Shown: piece after piece, positions 9,999 through 19,593 of the stretch
Layout: each line of letters starts with the position of its first letter
Position numbering within the stretch: the first letter of the stretch is position 1
Source of the DNA: Bacteroidota bacterium
Lineage (GTDB): Bacteria > Bacteroidota > Bacteroidia > 2-12-FULL-35-15
DNA length: 64,000 bases
NCBI GenBank assembly: GCA_947479085.1
Contig: CANJYB010000007.1
Coordinates: 72,432 to 136,431, forward strand
Direction: 5' to 3'
Notes under the pieces: generated by a model
Database searches by the model: none
What the model was told of the DNA's origin: nothing
The model's input: only the letters and a program-made list of their open reading frames with translations
Made by a program: the position numbers and the translations under genes

Positions 9999-10496
9999 AT
10001 GATTAGTATAATAGTAGCAGTTTCTGAAAACAATGTAATTGGAAAGGATAACGACCTGGTATGGCATCTCCCGGCCGATATGAAATTCTTTAAGGAAAAA
10101 ACTTCCGGTCATTGCGTGATTACTGGAAGGAAGAATTATGAATCTATTCCACTTAAATTTCGTCCGCTACCCAACCGAACCAACATTGTCATTACCCGCC
10201 AAAAGGAGTATGATGCAATGGGTGCTATAGTTGTAGGTTCTTTGGAAGAAGCCATTGAAAAAGCAAAACAAACAGGCGATGATGAAATATTTATTATGGG
10301 AGGAGGGGAGATTTTTAAACAAAGTATTCCTTTCACCGACAGAATTTATCTAACCAAAATTCACCATTCTTTTGAAGGAGATGTTTTTTTCCCTGAATTA
10401 AACCCCAAAGAATGGAAACAAACTGACCTGAAAAGAGGAACAGTGGATGAAAAGAATATTTATGAGCACGATTTTATTATTTACGATAAAATATAA
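9999..10496 (+). CDS. folA: dihydrofolate reductase
   Basis: 165 aa; MISIIVAVSENNVIGKDNDLVWHLPADMKFFKEKT… is canonical DHFR. Confidence 0.9.
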   Translation: MISIIVAVSENNVIGKDNDLVWHLPADMKFFKEKTSGHCVITGRKNYESIPLKFRPLPNRTNIVITRQKEYDAMGAIVVGSLEEAIEKAKQTGDDEIFIMGGGEIFKQSIPFTDRIYLTKIHHSFEGDVFFPELNPKEWKQTDLKRGTVDEKNIYEHDFIIYDKI

Positions 10497-10592
10497 ATTC
10501 CCATTCTTTCTTAAACCGCTTTCAGTCTTTTGTAGTTTTTCTCCTTCAAAAAATCCTTTTACAGCGTAAATTCTTGATTTAAATCTATTTCC

Positions 10593-11130
10593 TTTTTCGG
10601 AAATAGGGTTCCGAACCTTCGGAATAGGGTTTACTTTTTCGGAAACAGGGTTCCGAATCTTCGGAATAGGGTTTACTTTTTCGGAAATAGGATTCCGAAC
10701 CTTCGGAATAGGGTTTACTTTTTCGGAAATAGGGTTCCGAATCTTCGGAATAGGGTTTACTTTTTCGGAAATAGGGTTTCACTTTTTCGGGAAAAGAATT
10801 CCGACCGTTAGGAATGGCATTCACTTTTTCGGGAAAAGAATTCCGACCGTTAGGAATGGCATTCACTTTTTCGGGAAATGAATTCCGACTGTTCGGAATG
10901 GCATTCACTTTTTTGGGAAATGAATTCCGACTGTTCGGAATGGCATTCACTTTTTCGGGAAAAGAATTCCGACCGTTCGGAATGGCATTCACTTTTTCGG
11001 GAAATTAATTCCGACTGTTCGGAATGGCATTCTCTTTTTCGGGAAAAGAATTCCGACCGTTCGGAATGGCATTCACTTTTTCGGGAAATGAATTCCGACT
11101 GTTCGGAATAGCATTCACTTTTTTGGGAAC
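10593..11130. repeat. tandem repeat array with 42 bp period and two unit subfamilies. Family A (about 4.5 copies): TTTTTCGGAAATAGGGTTCCGAACCTTCGGAATAGGGTTTAC. Family B (about 8 copies): TTTTTCGGGAAAAGAATTCCGACCGTTCGGAATGGCATTCAC. Each unit contains an inverted repeat (TTCCGAAccTTCGGAA or ATTCCGAccgtTCGGAAT)
   Basis: Seen directly. The array fills the spacer between folA (ends 10496) and the convergent gene ending at 11154. The ORF-track entries 10585..10992, 10814..11008, 10850..11221 and 10878..11111 are translations of the repeats (42 = 14 codons). Confidence 0.85.
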
Positions 11131-11153
11131 GCCTTTCCGAAAGCATCAAAAGC

Positions 11154-12230
11154 CTATTGAAAACAGAAATTACCCGGAATAAGCCCAACATTAAAACTGT
11201 CCAGCACAGTTGCAGCGGCATTGTACCTGATTACTTTTCCATTACTCGAAAAATTGCCAGGGTCCGAACCATAAAAATAATTATTGGTTGGGTCTATTCC
11301 TAATCCATAAAAACTCCTGTTGATTACCAATGTGGCATTTAGCGAAGCGGAAGTAGCGGACTGACTGTAAACACCTCCGTTATACATATAATATAAGGTA
11401 GTTCCTGTATTGTTTATCACCAGGTGGGATGGGGAAGAGGTGGTGGAACTGAAAGGCAACGAAAAATCAACAGTATTTGTTGTTGGGTCGATGCGAACCA
11501 GGCGACCGGTTTTAAGAAGTGCGGTAATTGTCCCGTTCCATTCTCCACCACAAATGACCCATATTTTTCCATTCGCGTCCATTTTAATCGAAGAAGGATT
11601 TGCCCCGACTGTAATATTGGTAACCACTGCATCAGTAGCAGTATTTATCACCGTTACCACACTGTCAGTTACATATCCGCCACTGCAGGCCACATATACA
11701 TTGTTTCCCGATTTCACCATTCCTTCCGCACCATTTCCAGTATTGATGGTAGCAGTAACTGCTTTGGTGGCAAGGTCAATTACCTTTACCTCACCTGTAG
11801 CACCGCTTCCCCATTGAGAAACATAGCCCTTGCTGTTATTTATTCCTAAAAAATAACGAGGGTTAACAAGATTGTTTATAGCGCCCTGCGAATTGAACGA
11901 AGTGGCATCAACTACTTCTACTTTGCCTGCATTGTTCACCACTATGTATCCTTGGCTATTAAATACCTCCATGGACTGTACCACATTTCCCAACGGATAA
12001 GTATTATGAGCTCCAAAGAGATTAGCGCTAACACTGCCGCTGCTTCTGCTGTAAAAGCTAATGGTTCCGGTACCTGTTCCATAAGGACCTTCGTTAGTTA
12101 TAAATACACCGTTGGAATAACTTACAGAAGGAGTAACTTCTGCAGGAGTTTCCGGGTCATCCTTTTTGCATCCTGAAATGGTAATAGAAAAGGCAAGTAT
12201 GCTCGCATAGATTAATTTATTTTTTTTCAT
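11154..12230 (-). CDS. YncE-like/DUF5074-type beta-propeller surface lipoprotein, possibly a BtuG-like B12-binding partner of the upstream TonB-dependent receptor
   Basis: 358 aa with lipoprotein signal MKKNKLIYASILAFSITISGCKKDD; repeated …TNTV…/…KIWVICGG… blades. It is immediately downstream of the btuB-like receptor, which is under a cobalamin riboswitch. Confidence 0.55.
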   Translation of the reverse strand: MKKNKLIYASILAFSITISGCKKDDPETPAEVTPSVSYSNGVFITNEGPYGTGTGTISFYSRSSGSVSANLFGAHNTYPLGNVVQSMEVFNSQGYIVVNNAGKVEVVDATSFNSQGAINNLVNPRYFLGINNSKGYVSQWGSGATGEVKVIDLATKAVTATINTGNGAEGMVKSGNNVYVACSGGYVTDSVVTVINTATDAVVTNITVGANPSSIKMDANGKIWVICGGEWNGTITALLKTGRLVRIDPTTNTVDFSLPFSSTTSSPSHLVINNTGTTLYYMYNGGVYSQSATSASLNATLVINRSFYGLGIDPTNNYFYGSDPGNFSSNGKVIRYNAAATVLDSFNVGLIPGNFCFQ

Positions 12231-12292
12231 TGCTTTTTGGTTTTATTGATTTGATTATTATTTACTGCTTTATTTATTTTATTAATAAAATT

Positions 12293-14221
12293 CTATTTTT
12301 GTTTATTGGGCTGATTAAAATATACAGCAAGCCCAGCCTGGTAATTAAATAAAGGCATGGCCCTGTAAGCAAGCACCTGATAGGTTTCTTCCCAAACATT
12401 ATTTAACTGAACAAATACCTTTATTTTTGATGTATTCAATAAAAAAGTTTGGCCGATGTTGATATTCCCAATTGCATAAGGCTTTAAATACTCTAAATTA
12501 TCAGATGACGTATAACGGTACCCGGTATAAACATGAGTATAACTTACCACAGTTCCTTTCCATGAAACGGTAATATTGCCTTGCGCATTTTGAATGGGCA
12601 CGTATATCAATTGTTTGTTTAATGAAGCATCATTTGCAGTTGCCGCTTTCTCATTGGTTGATAAAACATAATTATACATACCCGAAAGTTGCACTTTAAA
12701 TTTCCGAACAGAATAGCTCAAATTCAATTTATACTCCACTCCCCTGGACCATACCTGTAGAACGTTTTCGGGAGTCCATATATTATAGTTATTAGGCAAC
12801 CAAATAATCCAGTTGTCTATGTTTCTGTTAAAAACAGTACCTCCCAGTTCCCAGGAAAAGCCTTTATAATGATGTTTATGTATCAGACTTAGTTCTTCGC
12901 TCCAGCCGCTTTCTGCCTTCAAATCCGGATTACCTCCTTGTCCCCAATACAGTTCGTTTAGGGTAGGCAGATGATAATGCTCTGCAACATTTGCTTTTAC
13001 AATAAAATATTTCAACACCTTTACATCTATACCCAATGAAGGGGTAAAGGGAATGGTCTTGCTTTTAATAAACTCCTGCCGGCCACTGATAACAGCATTC
13101 CAGTTATTGTTTTTAGAATGCAGTTTGTAACTCGCAAACAGCGAAACTCTGTTTTGGGTTGGATTTACAATGTAATCAGAAGTATCAATGGCTTCTGAAT
13201 AGGTATTGTTAATACCAATATTTACCAAATCGAATTTAGTAATGCTGAACCGTGCTTCAGCTTCTGCAATGGTTACTTTTGTTCTGCTTCGGGCATCAAG
13301 GTGAATAATGGAATCCACATAACGTAAACCTTCATCAAAATAAGCAATGCGGGCAAGTATGGTTAATTTGTCCCCTGTTCGCTGCCATTCCGTTGTTGCC
13401 CGGTACAGTTCATCTTTCTGATTGGCTGCATTTATGTTTTGAGTCATGGAAGGCGGAATATTTCTATTGTTGAACTGGTACCAGAAACGGGTGTTTATTT
13501 TTTGATGAGCATTTATCTGAAAATAATTTTCCTGTAATAACCCATATTCTTTTAATTCCGCATTACTTTGTTGCTGTTCCCGGTTACCATACTGAGCGGA
13601 ATTAATAAAGGGGAAGTTATTTTTAGCATCATGGTTAAATAGTTTGAGGGAAGAAACAACTCTTTTTTTGCTGATTTCTACTCCCGCTTGCTGGCGCATA
13701 TCGCCAAAACTGCCAAAGGAAGTACTCATGGAAACAGAAGTGCCCCTGTTAAACCTGCCTGAATTATTCATGAGTATAGTGCCTCCAACAGCACCGCTTC
13801 CCCATAAAGCACCTGCGCCACCGTATTGAAGGTTTACTTCATTCACAAAATCAGAAGGAATAAGCGATAAATCAATCTGCCCGTTCATGGGGCTTTGCAG
13901 GTTGAAACCGTTCCACAATACCGAAGTATGTTCCGCCCCCGCTCCTCTGAACGAACTGCTAGCGAGACTGCCTAAGCCGTAGGATTTTATAAATAACTGG
14001 CTTTCGCTGGTAAGCACCTCTGCAAGATTGCCTGCAGAATATCGGTCTAGGAGAGAACTATCAAGGGTTTCGCTTTTGTTGCCAATGGCAAAATTACCCG
14101 ACCTGGAGGTTGTTATTTCAACCACTTTTAATTGTTTAACAGAGTCTCCAACCGTTTGAGTAAACCCCGAAACAGTTAATGACAAAAGAGAAACACTAAA
14201 AAATAATTTAAACAGATTCAT
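12293..14221 (-). CDS. btuB: TonB-dependent outer-membrane receptor, BtuB-like (vitamin B12/cobalamin family)
   Basis: 642 aa with signal peptide and an N-terminal plug domain (…VVEITTSRSG…, …GAEHTSVLWNGFNLQSPMNG…). A cobalamin riboswitch lies in the 5' leader. Confidence 0.75.
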   Translation of the reverse strand: MNLFKLFFSVSLLSLTVSGFTQTVGDSVKQLKVVEITTSRSGNFAIGNKSETLDSSLLDRYSAGNLAEVLTSESQLFIKSYGLGSLASSSFRGAGAEHTSVLWNGFNLQSPMNGQIDLSLIPSDFVNEVNLQYGGAGALWGSGAVGGTILMNNSGRFNRGTSVSMSTSFGSFGDMRQQAGVEISKKRVVSSLKLFNHDAKNNFPFINSAQYGNREQQQSNAELKEYGLLQENYFQINAHQKINTRFWYQFNNRNIPPSMTQNINAANQKDELYRATTEWQRTGDKLTILARIAYFDEGLRYVDSIIHLDARSRTKVTIAEAEARFSITKFDLVNIGINNTYSEAIDTSDYIVNPTQNRVSLFASYKLHSKNNNWNAVISGRQEFIKSKTIPFTPSLGIDVKVLKYFIVKANVAEHYHLPTLNELYWGQGGNPDLKAESGWSEELSLIHKHHYKGFSWELGGTVFNRNIDNWIIWLPNNYNIWTPENVLQVWSRGVEYKLNLSYSVRKFKVQLSGMYNYVLSTNEKAATANDASLNKQLIYVPIQNAQGNITVSWKGTVVSYTHVYTGYRYTSSDNLEYLKPYAIGNINIGQTFLLNTSKIKVFVQLNNVWEETYQVLAYRAMPLFNYQAGLAVYFNQPNKQK

Positions 14222-14334
14222 TATAAATGATTAAAGCATAAGCTAAATCAATTATAACAAACGGTAAAACAGTAAGGATAGAAAAATGAAAACAGTTTAT
14301 CTATTCTTAGCCTTTTCTCCGAAAGCTATAAATG

Positions 14335-14640
14335 TTGAAGCAACAGGCAGGTCTTCTGACTCGTTCCGGTTTTTAACGCCTTCCCGTCTTTTTTAGTTTC
14401 AAGTTTGAAAGTTTAAAGTTTCAAGTTGAAGAACTAAGTAATAAAACAGTGGCAAAGAATGTTAAAAATGTTATCAATAAAAAATTCAGGTAACAGTTTC
14501 AGGTAATACAACCTAAAACTTGAAACTTTAGAACTTTAAACTGATAAAGAACTTACAGCATCGGGAAATGTCCTGGATTTACACCTGGTTCCCTATTAAA
14601 CCTTCTGTTTATGGAAGGTACCTGATTGCGAAGCAAAAGT
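14335..14640 (-). promoter_or_regulatory. cobalamin (B12) riboswitch in the btuB leader, with an unusually large internal insertion
   Basis: Minus-strand read: …caatcaGGTACCttccataaacagaaggtttAATAGGGAAccaGGTGtaAAtCCaggACatttCCCGatgCTGTAag… followed, about 200 nt downstream, by the B12 box cgAGTCAGAAGACCTGCCtgttgc. These match the conserved GGUnCC / AnnGGGAA / GGUGnAAnUCC / CCCGCnACUGU / AGYCAGnnnACCUGCC cores. A long inverted repeat of gtttcaagtt/aacttgaaac-type sequence separates the cores. Confidence 0.65.
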
Positions 14641-14701
14641 AGCATTTCTTTTTAATTGGTTACTGTTAAATTGTTTATTTAAAGGTAGTACCTTTACCAA
14701 A

Positions 14702-15220
14702 ATGAAAATTATAGCCTACAATAAACCAAACGCGATAATCTGCACCACCGAAAAGATTACCGGTAACATTATCGAAGCAATTAATCACCCTGAAAAGCTA
14801 TTACCGGTTGGCAGATTGGATAAAGACTCTGAAGGATTAATTCTACTAACAGATACAGGTAGTATCATCAATAGAATAATACATCCTGAATTTGAGCATG
14901 AAAAAGAATATATAGTAACATTAAATCTTCCGTTACGAAATCAGTTTTTGAAAGAAATGGCAAAAGGAGTTGATATAGGGGATGTTATTACCAAACCTTG
15001 CTTAATAAAACCTGAACCAGGGACAAGAAGAGTATTTCGAATTGTTTTAAAACAAGGCTTAAACCGGCAGATCAGGCGAATGTGCAATGCACTGGGTTAC
15101 CAGGTAATAAAACTGGAAAGGGTAAGGATAATGAATATAAAGTTAGGGAAACTAAAACCGGGAGAGTGGAGGGAATTAAACGAAGAAGAAAAGAATAGTC
15201 TGATATCTCAACTGGTGTAA
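14702..15220 (+). CDS. pseudouridine synthase, RsuA/RluB/RluF family catalytic domain (no S4 domain)
   Basis: 172 aa; …LPVGRLDKDSEGLILLTDTGSIINRI…EKEYIVTL… contains the catalytic Asp motif of the RsuA family. Confidence 0.8.
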   Translation: MKIIAYNKPNAIICTTEKITGNIIEAINHPEKLLPVGRLDKDSEGLILLTDTGSIINRIIHPEFEHEKEYIVTLNLPLRNQFLKEMAKGVDIGDVITKPCLIKPEPGTRRVFRIVLKQGLNRQIRRMCNALGYQVIKLERVRIMNIKLGKLKPGEWRELNEEEKNSLISQLV

Positions 15221-15221
15221 A

Positions 15222-15258
15222 ATAAAAAACCTCCCGCAAACTGCGGGAGGTTTTTTAT
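15222..15258. terminator. bidirectional rho-independent terminator
   Basis: aaaaaa-CCTCCCGCaaacTGCGGGAGG-ttttttattt, between convergent genes. Confidence 0.8.
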
Positions 15259-15277
15259 TTATTAACTAAAATAATTC

Positions 15278-16234
15278 TTAGAAGTGGAAAGTCACTCTTA
15301 AAGAAGCTGTTCCTGTGTTAGAACCTTTGAAACCAAACATGTTTCCTTGGTTTAAATCAGTATCAATTCCTAATTTTGAATTACCTTCAGTTTTTCTTTC
15401 TACAGTTCCAACAATGTTGTTACCACTTGCATCAAGACCTTGTTCTTCAGTAGTTTTACTTCCTTTTCCGGTCATTTGGTAACCTAATCCCCAACCATAC
15501 TCAGCACCAACAGCAATTTTTGGGAAGATGAAGTATTCAGCACCGATAAAACCACGAATACCAATTCCTAAAGTCATTCCTGATTTTTGTTGAGTCATAC
15601 GCTTTGATAACGGAGAACTAGTTCCAGTTCCAAAATTTCCACTTGTTGGATCAGTATCCCAAGTTGTAGAAAGTGGAGTAGAAGTTTGAGTTACTGAAGT
15701 AGGGTTACCAGTCATAGTGTTACCATAAGTCATTTTGTCTTTTGAACTCGCCATCCAAATCATAACATCAGCTCCGTAAAAACCTTGTAAACGGGTTTTT
15801 CCTCTTCTCCATTCTTTACCAGCACCGATAGCGATGTTAGTTGTTGAATGTTTGTACTTATCAGTTACCATTGCCGGTATTGATGGGAAAATAACAGTAG
15901 ATAAATCCTGTGCATCATCCTGAACACTGTTTTTGAAAGTTTGGTTAGTAAATCCAAGACGAACTAACACTCTATAAGCTGTTTTTTCATCAATGAATTT
16001 TTTACCAATGATAGTTTGGTTTCCATTTAACCATTCTACTGCAGGGGCTTGATTTGTATTTGTAGCTCCGCTGAATGCATTACCAACGAATCGGAAAATA
16101 GGGTCAGCGTTTAAGCTGATAGCCCAATCATTTGCTTCCGGCAACATTGGTTCACCTTTTTTAGAGGTTAAATCCTGAGCAAAAGCAGAGGTTATACCAG
16201 CTGCTAAAGCAATTACTAATACTGATTTTTTCAT
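15278..16234 (-). CDS. outer-membrane beta-barrel protein (porin-like), function unknown
   Basis: 318 aa; signal peptide MKKSVLVIALAAGITSAFAQ, alternating amphipathic strands, and a C-terminal …RVTFHF aromatic terminus. Confidence 0.55.
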   Translation of the reverse strand: MKKSVLVIALAAGITSAFAQDLTSKKGEPMLPEANDWAISLNADPIFRFVGNAFSGATNTNQAPAVEWLNGNQTIIGKKFIDEKTAYRVLVRLGFTNQTFKNSVQDDAQDLSTVIFPSIPAMVTDKYKHSTTNIAIGAGKEWRRGKTRLQGFYGADVMIWMASSKDKMTYGNTMTGNPTSVTQTSTPLSTTWDTDPTSGNFGTGTSSPLSKRMTQQKSGMTLGIGIRGFIGAEYFIFPKIAVGAEYGWGLGYQMTGKGSKTTEEQGLDASGNNIVGTVERKTEGNSKLGIDTDLNQGNMFGFKGSNTGTASLRVTFHF

Positions 16235-16383
16235 GTTTTTTTGTTGTTTAGTTTAATTTGTTTTTTGTTTTAAATTAAGTTTCAAAATTTATGGCACAAA
16301 GATATATATTTTTTCAAAGCGGAATAGTTATTAATAATGGGTATATTACTAACATGGGTTTGTTAACAACTATTAACATTGTC

Positions 16384-19311
16384 TTATTTAACAGTAATCT
16401 CATCTATAAATATAAAGGCATCGCCTCCAGCACCTTGATGCCATTCCGGTAGTTTACCAAAGTTATAAGCTATTAACTTTATGTACCTGGCACTAACAGA
16501 TTTTCCCTTAGCATTAAAATTTTCAATTTGTGACGTAATGTCTTTAGGGTTTACAGCAGTATTTATAGTTTCGCAAAGGCTGAAATTAACATTGTCAATA
16601 GATGAATAAAATTCAACTTTGGTTGGCATTAATATCCAGGAACGGGAATCCTGCAGGAAACCGGCACTGAAGGAGTTGATGTTCTGCACCTTCTTCATAT
16701 CTAATACTGCCTCGAAATTTTGCCCCTGATAGCCTTGCCATTCTCCTTTTCGCCAATCTACTTCACCCCTTATGCCATCAATAATGCCTTCATCTCCTCC
16801 GGCTGTGTATTGCGGATTGTATTTTGATTTAATATTTATTGTCCAGTTATTGGGCTTTTTGTAAAAGGTTCCAGAAGTAACAAAACTCGATTCTCCTTTA
16901 TTTATGGCTTTTGTTTTAATCGTAGTTGTTTTATCTATCATAACAGGAGTAGAATATTTTGCAGATTTATCAGTTGGATTAGATCCATCAATAGTATAAT
17001 ATAATAGAGCATCAGGATAAATAGATTTTAGTTCTACCTCCATTTTATCTGTAAAAATCCTTGATGCAGCCTTAATAACAGGAACTATTATCATTTTTGT
17101 CGGGTTTGTTTCCTGCGGAGGTAGTGTGTAATTCAAATTAACAGCAGGAGCAGCCGCCATAGAAAAGGAGATGTTGGTTCCTTTCATTATTTCTTCGTAA
17201 GAAATCCAGTTTTGATTATAATCTTTCCCATCATCAGATACAGACTGAATATAAATATTATCCTTTGAAACATTTTTGGCAGAAATGATAAATGTTTTCC
17301 CATTTTCAAGGTGGATTTTTGTTTCTTTAAAAATGGGTGAACCAAATATATAAGTAACCGAACCTGGAGTAACTTGGTAAATACCCATAGTGCTTAAAAC
17401 ATACCATGCACTCATCTGACCACAATCTTCATTTCCAATCAATCCATCGGGTAGGGGTTTGTAAAAATCGGTAACAATCTGATGAATACGCTGCTGAGTT
17501 TTCTCTGATTTGTTTATGTAATTATACAAATAGGCCATGTGGTGACTGGGTTCGTTGCCATGGGCATATTGTCCAATCAATCCGGAGATATCAGGTTGTT
17601 CACGTCCTGTAGTTTTATTGGAAGTGGTAAATAATTCGTCCAGCTTTTTTTCAAATTTATCTTTACCACCCATCATTTCAATCAATCCGTTAATATCCTG
17701 AGGAACAAAAAACGTGTATTGCCAGGAGTTCCCTTCGGTAAAGTTATTATTTACTTCTCTTGGTTCAAAGGGAGTAAGCCAGCCCCCATTTTTTCGGGGT
17801 CTCATAAAGCCTGTTTCCTGATCAAATACATTTTTCCAGTTCTGAGAACGCTTGTAATAAACTTCTTCTTCTTCTTTTTTATTCAATAGTTTGGCCATTT
17901 TGGCAATGCACCAATCGTCATAGGCATATTCCAAGGTTTTGGAAACAGACTCTGATTCGTCTTCCAAGGCAAGGTAACCATGGTCCTGATAGGCCGGCAA
18001 ACCAAGGTGGTTCCATGTTGCTGATTTTTTCATGGCTTCCAGTGTCAGGTTCATATCAAAATCTGTAATGCCTTTGGTAGCAGCATCGGCTATAACAGAT
18101 ACAGAATGGTAGCCAATCATACAATCGGTTTCGTTGCTTGCCAGTTCCCAAACCGGCAAACGCCCTCCTTCCTTATATTGTGCAAGAAAAGTCTTTATAA
18201 AATCCAATGTCCTTTTTCTGTCAATAATTGTATAAAGAGGATGTGCTGCCCGGAAAGTATCCCAAAGCGAAAATACGGAGTAATAGGTAAATCCTTCGGC
18301 TTTATGAATTTTATTATCTCTGCCACGATACATACCGCCTATATCCATAGCCACATTAGGTTGAATCATGGTATGGTAAAGGGCGGTGTAAAATGTTTTG
18401 AGCTGGTCTTTATCCGAAGTAGTAATTTCTATTTTTCCGAGTTCCTTATTCCAAAGAGCATCTGCATCTTTTTTAGCTTTGTCAAAATCCCAGCCCGGCA
18501 ATTCAGTTTGCAGGTTTTTTTCTGCCCCGTCATAGCTTACATTGGAAATACCCACTTTTACAAGTAACTCTTCATTTTTCTTTAAATTAAATTTAAATCC
18601 TGCTTTTAAATGATTGCTATGGTAAGTTGCCTTGCCATCTTTTTTATCTAAAGCTACTTTTTCGTCAGCCGAAACCACTTCCTTTATAGTTTTAGAAAAA
18701 ACAATGTATGCATATATCCATTGGTCACGGGCCCAGGCTTCACTTCTTCTGAACACTTTCAGGGTGGAATCGTTAGCCCATATAATTTCGCCATCCAGCA
18801 GCTTATCGCGGTGAGTTAAGTCAATCACCACATTGGTTTCTCCGTCTTCCTGAAAAGTATACTTATGAAAGCCCACGCGGGTAGTAGACGTAAGCTCCAC
18901 CAAAATTCCTTTGTCAAGTTTTACACTGTAATACCCTGCAATTGCAGTTTCGTTTTTATGAGAAAAAGTAGAAGTATAAGTCTTTTTATCCATGTTTAAA
19001 GTCTTATCAGTAGTAGGCATCAGCATAATGTCTCCATAATCGGAACAGCCGGTACCGCTAAGGTGGGTATGCGAAAAGCCATATATTAAAGAATCGGAAT
19101 AATGATACCCACTGCATCCATCCCAACTGCCGTCTATACGGGTATCAGGCGAAAGCTGCACCATACCAAAAGGTACAGTGGCTCCGGGAAAAGTGTGACC
19201 ATGACCTCCTGTGCCAATCATTGGATCAACATGGTCGGTTAAGCATTTATTGCTTGGGTATACCAAATAAACAATAACAATTAATATGGGAAGAAATATG
19301 ATTCTTTTCAT
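16384..19311 (-). CDS. GH92 family alpha-mannosidase (alpha-1,2-mannosidase-like) with C-terminal F5/8-type-C/carbohydrate-binding region
   Basis: 975 aa; the N-terminal …MIGTGGHGHTFPGATVPFGMVQLSPDT… motif is diagnostic for GH92. Confidence 0.88.
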   Translation of the reverse strand: MKRIIFLPILIVIVYLVYPSNKCLTDHVDPMIGTGGHGHTFPGATVPFGMVQLSPDTRIDGSWDGCSGYHYSDSLIYGFSHTHLSGTGCSDYGDIMLMPTTDKTLNMDKKTYTSTFSHKNETAIAGYYSVKLDKGILVELTSTTRVGFHKYTFQEDGETNVVIDLTHRDKLLDGEIIWANDSTLKVFRRSEAWARDQWIYAYIVFSKTIKEVVSADEKVALDKKDGKATYHSNHLKAGFKFNLKKNEELLVKVGISNVSYDGAEKNLQTELPGWDFDKAKKDADALWNKELGKIEITTSDKDQLKTFYTALYHTMIQPNVAMDIGGMYRGRDNKIHKAEGFTYYSVFSLWDTFRAAHPLYTIIDRKRTLDFIKTFLAQYKEGGRLPVWELASNETDCMIGYHSVSVIADAATKGITDFDMNLTLEAMKKSATWNHLGLPAYQDHGYLALEDESESVSKTLEYAYDDWCIAKMAKLLNKKEEEEVYYKRSQNWKNVFDQETGFMRPRKNGGWLTPFEPREVNNNFTEGNSWQYTFFVPQDINGLIEMMGGKDKFEKKLDELFTTSNKTTGREQPDISGLIGQYAHGNEPSHHMAYLYNYINKSEKTQQRIHQIVTDFYKPLPDGLIGNEDCGQMSAWYVLSTMGIYQVTPGSVTYIFGSPIFKETKIHLENGKTFIISAKNVSKDNIYIQSVSDDGKDYNQNWISYEEIMKGTNISFSMAAAPAVNLNYTLPPQETNPTKMIIVPVIKAASRIFTDKMEVELKSIYPDALLYYTIDGSNPTDKSAKYSTPVMIDKTTTIKTKAINKGESSFVTSGTFYKKPNNWTINIKSKYNPQYTAGGDEGIIDGIRGEVDWRKGEWQGYQGQNFEAVLDMKKVQNINSFSAGFLQDSRSWILMPTKVEFYSSIDNVNFSLCETINTAVNPKDITSQIENFNAKGKSVSARYIKLIAYNFGKLPEWHQGAGGDAFIFIDEITVK

Positions 19312-19593
19312 TGCAAATGGGGTTGGTTATTTTAAAAGGCAAATGTAATAAAATTGTGTTTGGTCAATTAGGTTTTAGTATTTGAAGCAAAATGAGGTTT
19401 GATTTAGTCGGCTTAAATTATGCAACTCTCAACTTTTATACTTATTTTGAAATACTTTTAAATGAAAATAAAATTAATGAAAGGAAGGTTAGATTGCGAG
19501 CCACCTTGTTTATCCCATTACGAAAACCAATATAATCACTTTTGCAGATTAGTTAAACGAAACAAAAAAATAAATATCTTTGGCAAAAAACAA

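Noticed and set aside
10585-11221. Four overlapping ORFs (135, 64, 123 and 77 aa) with repetitive peptides (NAIPNGRNSFPEKV…, SECHSEQSEF…)
   Set aside because: The 42 bp (14-codon) repeat period keeps every frame open. These are artefacts of the tandem array, not proteins.
19462-19593. Upstream extension of the histidine-kinase ORF (MKIKLMKGRLDCEPP…)
   Set aside because: It precedes the first TM segment and has odd composition. The internal ATG at 19594 gives the usual N-terminal TM start, so the extension is probably not translated.
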